Position numbers and translations under genes: made by a program. Shown here one piece after another: positions 55,052 through 64,000 of a stretch of 64,000 nt of DNA. Source of the DNA: Octopus vulgaris (taxonomy: Eukaryota); contig OX597818.1 of the NCBI GenBank assembly GCA_951406725.2, positions 83,762,001 to 83,826,000 of the forward strand. The letters are read 5' to 3'. Each line of letters opens with the position of its first letter. The first letter of the stretch is position 1. Under the pieces are notes generated by a model. It was not told the origin of the DNA, did not search any database, and saw only the letters and a program-made list of their open reading frames with translations.

Positions 55052-55513
55052 ACTATGTTGAAAATATTTAGCTGTGCGACAGTGTGTAATACAAAATTCC
55101 TCTGAGTTTTTAATTCCTCGACTTTGTGATATAACCTCAGGTCAGAATGTCTTACTTTATATCATGGTCACAGTACTGTGTGAAAATTGTATACCCTTTG
55201 CTGTTACGTTCGATGACATTGCTGTGGAACGTCCTATGGAATTTATTTTATGTTATTACGAGCAAAACGCCCCCCTTCCAATAGACGGTGCTGAGTTGTC
55301 AAACATTTAAGCCAAATTTTCTGAAAACAACTTTTGCGACCTTCCCATAGGCCTCTCCTTTGAGAAACACTGATTTAACCAAAAATTGAGACACCAGCAA
55401 AAGACGGATTTCTACTGATGTAATTGCGCGTACAAATGCACGTTTCCAAGGCTTTATCGATCGCATTCTCACCTGGAATCGACAGACAGGCAGAACAGAT
55501 TTTATATAATAGA
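55052..55513 (-). mobile_element. Probable non-autonomous Helitron, degraded 3' end
   Basis: Minus strand starts TCtattatataaaatctgttctgcctgtctgtc like the other Helitrons; the 3' end reads ...catagt rather than CTAGT. Confidence 0.5.
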
Positions 55514-57346
55514 TAAAGTGATTTTTGTACAGCGATTTCTGTTACACTATCAGATGGTAATGTTCAATATTTGCTGTTTGTGTCGCGTAATTTTATTGTC
55601 GTCAGTTTGTGTTGCATTTCTGTTTTGTATTGCTTTCAATATTTGGATACTTTTGCGCAAAACATCAACTGGAATTGTTGCATAGCGTCTTTTTGCTGAA
55701 AGAAGGCTAAAAACTAATAGAAGAGACTTTTGCTGAAAGTGGACAATGGCAGGTGAGAATATTGCTCAGACCGAATTTTTTGCTATTTTGCAAGATCTAT
55801 CGTCTTTTTCAAAAATCTTTGTTGGTGTTCTTCTTACTAATACCCGTTTTACTAAGTTTTTCGGTCCTTGTACTTTAGCATGCTTTTATTCTCTTGTGCA
55901 AAGATTTTTCACAGAGTATATTGCCGTGTTTGATTATAATATTCAAGATATTCACATCTATTTCTTTGTCACATTAAATAGGTATGCCCCGTATTACAGC
56001 GCTCTTTTTATTGTCGTATTCATACTAGATTTCATAGCTTCTTATACTGCACATTCTTACTTTTCATATTCAAGTTTGTGCGTACGTGTGTTTGAGACAT
56101 AGTGGCCAAAAGACATAACTAGCTCACCTGTTATACTTCTGAATGTTATTGATTATTGCAAGAACTGAGCAGCCAAAATAATATGATCAATTGTGTCTCG
56201 TGCTGATTGCACAGTCTACACTGGTTTTAGCCTTCTCTCAATATTTTATTTCTTTTCTTCTTTTTATCTCTATCTATATTTTTCTCTTTCTTTCCTTGAT
56301 CTTTCTTTATCTATTTATTTGTGCTGCTAAAATCAGGCGATAGTTTTTGCTTTTAGTTAAGAGCTTTTGAGCCTTATTTCGCTGTCACGCTAACTTACTT
56401 TTTTTCTCAATGACTCTGAAGGCTTCTGGCTAAGGAAAGATATTTTTTATTCAATCATTTATTTACTTTATTTTTTTCTTTAGTATATTTCAGAGTTACA
56501 CTGTGGCGATGTCTTTCGTTTTTATTTCATTTCTACATTACTTTTTAATGTTCCACTTGTTTCATCATTATCTAAATCCTTTCCTTCGGTATAATTAGCT
56601 TTACATTTGTACATTACTAGTGTCTTACATAAAGAGAAACTATTTTGTTTACTATGTGTGATTTCTTTAGGCTATGGCCGTTAAGTCAAGTAAGACTACG
56701 GTTCCCTCGCAACACGAGTGAAGTTAGAAAATTGAATTTGAAATTAAGATATATAATGGCAAAGTGCATAGAATTTAAATATTGTTTTATCTATTATGAG
56801 GTTCTTATATTTTCATTTTGATGGTTGTCATATATAGCATTATTTCTTCCTCTTAAAATGCTTAAGTATGATTCAATCTGTAACTTATTAATTAGTTGTA
56901 TTATGAAAAGAAGTATTTCATTAATATTAAGGATGAAATTAATTACTATCTGGGGAAGATTCAAGGAATATTTATACTAAATATTGCTCGGATTTTGTTT
57001 TTAATTTTGGGCTATGTTTCATCATAAGACGACTGCCATGCTGAGGCAACACCTTGAAGGGTTTTAGTCGAAGCAAATCGAATCCAGTACACATCCTTTA
57101 AACCTGGTACTTATTGGATCGGTCTTTCACCATACTACTAAGTTACGGGGACATAAATGAACCAACACAGTCTGTCAATAAGTGGGTCATAAGCACACAC
57201 ATATATTTATGTATGTATGTATGTATGTATGTATGTATGTATATATATATACATATATATAGGTATATAAGTATGTATATGTATATATGTATGTATATAT
57301 GTATGTATATGTAGATATATATATGTACATATATATACATGTACAT

Positions 57347-57468
<122 letters not shown>

Positions 57469-57639
57469 TTTTGTAGGTGGCTTATCAGCAATTTCAAACC
57501 TAAACATAAATTTATAAACGTCACTAAAGTGACAAGGGTGCAAAGCGGTACCAAATTTGCTAGAAATAAGAATCAAGAACGACATATTAAACACAAAAAG
57601 CATTATCGTAGTAAGTTGATGAAGGAGACGAAGCTCCGT

Positions 57640-58140
57640 ATTATAGTAAGACAAAGATCCATACTGAAGTAGTAAATATACCCATGTCATGTGATTTCAA
57701 ATTCGGATGCTTAGCATATCTATTCTTGTCAATGGATCTTATTGCGCCTGGGGTTCATATATTTGCCTTTATGCTTGAAATATCTGATAAGCTACCTACA
57801 TTATTTATACTATGCAATTCTAACGTTTTCAAACAGCACAAACTTTCAACGGTTTTTCTTATGAGTTGACGAAGCAAGTTGAGCTTAACCCTAGGCGCAG
57901 TAACATCCACTGACGAGAGCAGAGACGCTGAACATCAGAATTCGAAATCACGTGATATGGATGCTATACCCACCAGCAGAAGAATGCACACTTACAATAA
58001 ATGTGCATTCTACTTGGCAAGCTTATTCAAGACACTCCAGTCCCGAGTTGTTGGATTGAATACCTGGTTGCACCCGTCACACCTGCTCGGGGCTGATGAT
58101 GTGCCCCTCTGCTCAGCTGTTGAAGGGTCCGGTGTTGTCT
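57640..58140. mobile_element. Rearranged LINE (RTE-like) RT remnants forming a diverged inverted repeat
   Basis: 57683-57757 is a diverged reverse complement of 57884-57958. ORF 57879-58220 contains HLLGADDVPL (YADD-like) and LGAVTSTD..RDAE. Confidence 0.4.
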
Positions 58141-58469
58141 TCCCTCTGATTTATATCATATTAGCTTTATCAACCATATTTTTTAATGCTGGCTTAGGGC
58201 TTATTGAAAGAACGTATTAATTTTAGAGTTTTCCTTTTCCTAAATTATTTGCTCTCACTGCAGCTATAGTGCTCAATCCGTCCTTTAAAAATCTGTTTAA
58301 CTTATAGATGAGATGCTGAGAAGAAATACAGTTCCAAGAAAGAGCATGCAAGACAGTGATGGTCATTAAGGAGTGAACTCACGAACATCCCTAACAACGG
58401 GATGCAGTTTAATGTCATATCGAGGACAAGCACACAGAAATATAAATACATTCATATATATATAAGATA

Positions 58470-58522
<53 letters not shown>

Positions 58523-58709
58523 CGTATAATTCTACTTTTCCTCTTCTCTTTAGTCTTTACATTTAATATTACTTTTGCCGTGGTTTTCTACATTTCTCTT
58601 CATTCTTTCAATTCTTATTTCATATATATATATATATATAGTATCGAAACAATAGAACCAATCGTAACAAACAATATAGATGGTCAACTTCATTCTTCCT
58701 CTTTTACTA

Positions 58710-58778
<69 letters not shown>

Positions 58779-58886
58779 TTCAACTAAGTTTGCTTTAGAA
58801 GCGTTGAGATGTATTGAAAGATAACGCAGGATAATACTAATAATATAGCATAAACTATCTATATTTTGCTAAAAAAATCTTTCAGC

Positions 58887-58958
58887 GGACAGCCATGAGA
58901 CTCGAACTCACATCCTTATGATTACACGTCAAGTACTTTACCATTAAGCTAAACTGCC
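58887..58958 (-). pseudogene. tRNA-Thr(TGT)-like pseudogene / SINE head
   Basis: GGCAGTT TA GCTT AATGGTA AAGT A CTTGA CGTGTAA TCATA AGGAT GTGAG TTCGAGT CTCAT GGCTGTC. Acceptor, D and T arms pair; the anticodon stem is partly broken and U33 is replaced by G. Confidence 0.7.
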
Positions 58959-59087
58959 CCAACGACAAATTCTTCTGTAAAATTAAGATATATAAATCTA
59001 GCTTTATAAGACGCTATCATACGCTAAATTCCAGTCTTATAAAGCTAGATTTATATATGCTAAATTTGCAGAAGAATTTGTCGTTGG

Positions 59088-59159
59088 GGCAGTTAAGCTT
59101 AATGGTAAAGTACTTGACGCGTAATCACAGGGATGTGAGTCTGAATCTCATGGCTGACT
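59088..59159 (+). pseudogene. tRNA-Thr(CGT)-like pseudogene / SINE head
   Basis: Mirror copy GGCAGTTAAGCTTAATGGTAAAGTACTTGACGCGTAATCACAGGGATGTGAGTCTGAATCTCATGGCTGAC with a degenerate B box. Confidence 0.6.
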
Positions 59160-59619
59160 ACCGACAGATTTTTCTGCAAAATATAGATAGTTTGTCTTCT
59201 TCATACTGTATTACAATCATTATCCTTCATGTGAGAATAAAATTACTTCCTTATATATAGCTACCTATATATACTTACAATCAATAATTTATATATACAT
59301 AAAGGCTGTCGTCTCCAAATTCTCCGATTTTATTCTCTGAAAATTCAATTCTTCCTCTGTTCGTCTGCTAATAGGAGTATTCCCAATTTTTGATACAGTT
59401 GTTAGTTTTTATATGATAAAACTTGATAAATGAAATCCTCATTATTGTTGTAGATGTTATCATCATCATCATCATCATCATCATCAACACCTTCATTATC
59501 AAGTTTGTTTTCGGTTGGTTTGGTAATAAAATTGGCAAAACAGCAAACAAAATGCCTGGAGGTACTTAATTACGACCCTATTCGTTCTGAGCTTAAGTCT
59601 GAATAGCCAAATAATTCCT

Positions 59620-60230
59620 GTAGAAACCATAGAGATTTCAAACGAAGGTGGGCTTACTCATATAGTGACATCTGAACCCAAGTAAATAAATAACGTGGAA
59701 AACTATCAGATAATGATGGAACATAAAATAAAAATAAAAATCCTTCAATCCTTAATGAAATGAAAATCTAGAAAAGAAAAAAATGAGGAAAAAGTATTAC
59801 AGGAATACATAACAAAGAAGAGCCTGACATCAAAGGACGCCTCAAAGAAGTGATCCTCGCTTAATTGCAAAGAATCCGTTGTTATGAAAAACGCCAACGA
59901 TTCTTTCAACAAACCAATTACTTCGATTCCAACCCAAATGGTTGTTCTATGAAGTATGCGAAAACAAAATAGAAATCATTGCAATGCCAACAGCAAGAGA
60001 AATTGTCTAATTTGGGGGAAGAATGTGAACAGCAAAAGAATTACCATGGTCAAGAATTTATTTTCAAGACCAGATATGCAGTGTGTGAACAAACGTAGGA
60101 AACATACCAACTCGAAATGTTGTTGAGATCATAGGGAAACAATATCTGGAGAAAGTTAGAATTGATAATCTTCAGAACTAATGGTTTTGAGTTTCACAAA
60201 TATATACGTTAAATCTTGATAGAAATATTT
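59620..60230 (+). pseudogene. R4/Dong-like non-LTR ORF fossil, pre-RT region
   Basis: DIKGRLKEVILA*LQRIRCYEKRQRFFQQTNYFDSNP...ENKIEIIAMPTAREIV*FGG resembles the recalled R4-clade AQRIRRY..R..FY.QN..F..N...PT......FW block. Confidence 0.6.
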
Positions 60231-60513
60231 AAATATTTGTTGAGGGGAAAAAGAAAACGAAATAATTTTAAAAGACGGCTGGATTCATATGAGTAGTAAT
60301 AACACAAAAATTAGAATTGGCACGTCCGTAGCATGTCTGTCAACATGGTAATGTGCTAGATAACAAATGAAATAATGTCACTACAATAGGAGGGATTCTG
60401 CAAAGACACATGATTGTAAAGAGTAATTGCTGATCTGTAAAATCACAATCGGAAGCTGAAAGGAAAATAGGGTTTTAAGCCTGATATGACTTGGTTATGA
60501 GAAAGTTTTCGAC

Positions 60514-60648
60514 GGTAAGTAGCTTGCTTACGAACCACATGGTTCTGGGTTCACTCCCACTGCGTGGCATCTTGGGCAAGTATCTTCTACTATAGCCTCG
60601 GGTCGACCAAAAGTGGATTTGGTAGATGGAAACTAAAAGAAGCCCGTC

Positions 60649-60732
<84 letters not shown>

Positions 60733-60870
60733 GTGTATCTGTGTTTGTCCCACCAACATCGCTTGACCACCGATGCTGGTGTGTTTACGTCCTCGTCACT
60801 TAGTTGTTCTGCAAAAGAGACCGATAGAATAAGTACTAGGCTTACAAAGAATAAGTCCTTGGGTCGATTG
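60514..60870 (+). mobile_element. SINE family A
   Basis: Colinear with 45311-45640; expanded internal (TA)n(TG)n tract at 60650-60740. Confidence 0.9.
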
Positions 60871-61982
60871 GCTAGTACACCCCGGCGGCATTTGAACTCA
60901 GAACTCAGAAACATTATATCTTGACATATAAATTCATTCTTAATACGTTTCAGTAGTTTCGAACGTAATCATACTTTAGGAACTTTTGCTCCTAACAAAG
61001 AAAGCCGAATCGTAGAAGGCAAACATTCTCCAAATACAAGAATAAAAAGACGAGAAGAATTTGCAAATACGGTCGTAACTCGTTTTAACCTTGATACTGC
61101 ATACAAATTACAGTATTTGTATAGAAAGAGATCAAGGCAGTTTTGTACGCTCGTATTCATATACAAGAGGTGGTTATGTTTAATCGTTACATTACTTGGA
61201 ATCGCAACAGGAAGAAAATATGTCTAATCAACTAGGTTGCACCGTCCAAAAGCTATAGATTTAATTCTCCCACAATGCAACACCACGACATATGCCATCT
61301 AGTAACCAATGGATGAGACAGCTGGTTTCAAGGGAGGCAACTGTCTACGATACAAATCGCTGCTATCTTTCGTCATTGGAGAATAACGTCAGGTGGACGT
61401 ACGTACATAACACTAGAATCATTAGAATTTGGAGACTCTGTAACACCCAAGGTTTCGACATTATTTTCACATCCTCTCAGCCAAACCTACTCCGCATAAA
61501 TTAATCTAGCAATAGTTTGTGGCATTTGTTTACATCTACACCGACCAAATCATTTCCTGACAGCTGTTGATATCTGCCAACTGACAATATATTTGGAAGC
61601 GCATGGTGAATAGCGAGAATGAGAATGAAAACATATAATAATGATTTGAATGTGTTGAAAATAGTCATTCGTTTGAAATGAGTGCTTCTCCAATAATAAT
61701 AATAAAAACAAACAACAGCGATTTGCCTATTCACACACGACACTGGCAAAACTTATAAAGAAAGAATATGTAAGCCATCGTTCTGATTCTCGTTGTTCAC
61801 TGCGCATATAGGAAGTTGTTATCCGCTGGCAGATATCTGCATGCGTCAATAAATAAGGAGCTTGTTGATTCCTAAGCCTGGTGGTGTGTGTAGCTGTTTG
61901 GTTCCATCGACAAAAAACTTGTCAGTGGAACTGGTAGGCGGCAACTGAAGAAGCTCGTCGCGTACACATACATACATACATA

Positions 61983-62268
61983 CATGGTCAAGTGGTTAGG
62001 TGTTTTACTTACAATCGCAAAATCGTGGTTTCAACTCCCAGACTGGATGGTGTATTGTGTTCTTGAGCCAAATATTTTATTTCATATTTCTCTGGGACCA
62101 CTTCTAAACCTGACACGGGGCACACAGTGTACATTTTCAGACAACGTCGATGTGATAGAGGGAATGAGCTAATGTGTCGGTATGAACATTTGATCACTAT
62201 AAACAAATCATTTGTGCAAGTCGTTGTGTATCTTGAACGCTTATACTTAGTCTTCGATGGGAGAGTCC
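61983..62268 (+). mobile_element. CORE-like SINE nested inside a family A copy (61860-61980 and 62290-62545)
   Basis: catggtcaagtggttagg head and gtattgtgttcttgagccaa; inserted at the internal microsatellite of family A. Confidence 0.7.
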
Positions 62269-62559
62269 ATCATATATATACGCATCTATATGTGATTGCA
62301 TTTGTATTTATGCTTGTACCCACCACCGCTTGACAAATGGTATCGGCTTGTTTACAAACCTGCAGCTTAGTGGTTTAGGAAAAGAAAGAGCTCCAATAAT
62401 TTGTTGGCTTTACAATAAGAACAGGATTTTAGAAGAACAGGATTTTACAATAGGAACAGAGTCGATTTGTTCGACCAAAATCTTTCAAGGAGCCACCTCA
62501 GCATGACTGCAGTATAATGACTAGAACAAACAAAGAAATGATAAAGATAAACGCTACAA

Positions 62560-63305
62560 TCTCTTGTCAGCATCATTAGTAGGATAGGTAAATGAGAAAT
62601 AACATAGTCAAAACACCGTATGTCCCAAAGTTACCTTACTCTAAGCAATTGAGTGTTTTATAAACTGACAAAATATAACAACGACTAGTATCTTCGCGTC
62701 CAAATCTACCCAAACACATAAAGAATATGTATGTATACTGTCGGTCAGAAATTCAAGTGATAAGTAATATAGGAGCATTACATCAAACACAGCATGAATG
62801 AATTAATGAAAGGTACTGGAGATACGAAGACGAGAGAAAATTAAAATCATAAAATTAAACTCATGATATGAGATGAGGAATATTCAAAGGAGACGTTCTC
62901 TTTCTGCTCTTGTTTTATCGGTCATAAACAGGTTAAACTAATACTCAGGAACAGATTCAGCACATATTGAAATGCTTTCGGCGGATTATCTATCTTCTGC
63001 TGCAAATAAATCACCACTAAACTTAATAAACGGCTGCAAGCACCGTTACAGATAGCTGCTGGGTTTAGCAGAGTAACAATTTATATATTACTCGGTTAGG
63101 GAATTATTAGAAGACGACCTTTAAAAGTGAAAAGTCAATTAAAAAAAGATTATCTTGGATAGGAAAATAAACAAAAGAGCATTAGACATAACAGATACTT
63201 GTAAACACTTAGGAGTTAACGAAGTAAACAAAATACAAAACAGGAAAATGTAAGAAAAGGTTACAAAATCATATTAAAGAAGCAATAGATTAATACTTAA
63301 GTCTT
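62560..63305 (+). pseudogene. R4/Dong-like reverse transcriptase fossil
   Basis: R*GIFKGDVLFLLLF (RGIFQGDSLSPLLF-like) at 62871-62915 and DTCKHLGVNE...[17 protein letters not shown] (YKYLG...KEY.RR.R.ILK-like) at 63194-63301. Confidence 0.7.
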
Positions 63306-63377
63306 CGATAAGTGCCAGGAGGAAGAAAATCGATACGTGTGCGTGTATACAAGTATATCCACCAATATATATTTATA

Positions 63378-63485
<108 letters not shown>

Positions 63486-63564
63486 CACCTACATAAATAT
63501 ATGCATATACACATACATATATTGACATAATTGCATATATATGTATATACATATGCATATTTGA

Positions 63565-63745
63565 GTACAGAAAGCCAAAAGATGTAAGCAACGTGAAATA
63601 CGAAATACGAAAAGCTGGAATAGGAACTTTTTTTGCGAACAGCGAAAAAAACAAATGGAAAACAAGACAAGTAACATAAAGAACGACCGTTCATCAGATG
63701 TCAGCTATTTTATCAACTCCACTTTTCGAGCAATTACGACACACG
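63565..63745 (-). mobile_element. PLE-type terminal fragment related to 60-180
   Basis: Shares the minus-strand motif tcgaaa..tggagttga...tag..gaca.ctgatga..gg with 120-166; microsatellite on both sides. Confidence 0.5.
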
Positions 63746-63812
63746 CATATTTGTGTGTATATACATATATATATATGCTTATGTACGTATGCACACACAC
63801 ACACACACACAC

Positions 63813-63855
<43 letters not shown>

Positions 63856-64000
63856 CATAAACTGAGAATGTCAAATTATTGTTTCCAAAATTTTAGCCCA
63901 TGGTCAGCAATTTCGTTGGGCACTCGATTTCATAAAATCCAGTGTTCACCTGGTACTTATTCTGTCGTTCCAGAAAGGATGAGTGGCAATGTCAAACTCG

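Larger units (their letters stand above)
58852..59193. repeat. 342-bp palindrome with ~160-bp arms, each containing a tRNA-like sequence
   Basis: 58852-59012 is the reverse complement of 59034-59193, with a 21-nt spacer. Confidence 0.9.

Noticed and set aside
55746-56102. 118-aa hydrophobic ORF
   Set aside because: Hydrophobicity reflects T-rich DNA; no domain motif or splice support.
57910-57935. CTGACGA-GAGC..GCT-GAAC hammerhead-like string
   Set aside because: GAAA is absent, stems I and III are missing, and the inverted partner copy does not keep the core.
58887-59159. Functional tRNA-Thr genes
   Set aside because: Broken anticodon stem, G at position 33 and a degenerate T loop in one copy; treated as pseudogene or SINE heads.

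Overview
AT-rich, extremely microsatellite-dense eukaryotic DNA. The SINE families, (TA)n/(CA)n/(GATA)n load and transposon content suggest an octopus-type coleoid cephalopod genome (inferred from recalled repeat families, not a database search). I can support no intact host protein-coding gene, and nearly all listed ORFs are microsatellite translations, so the window looks intergenic or deep-intronic. It is a layered transposon graveyard. It holds at least four Penelope-like element (PLE) fossils (Neptune-type and a YRDDG/Naiad-type), several with hammerhead-ribozyme-like motifs. It also holds an (AAT)n-targeted non-LTR family (two young 3' copies plus an old R4/Dong-like RT fossil), mariner/Tc1 and hAT fossils, non-autonomous Helitrons and dozens of tRNA-derived SINEs. 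Several foldback palindromes are present. The most unusual items are a 342-bp palindrome carrying two outward-facing tRNA-Thr-like Pol III heads (58852-59193), a set of variant-core minimal hammerhead-like motifs, and many inverted repeats that could form dsRNA. All alignments and folds were done by eye.
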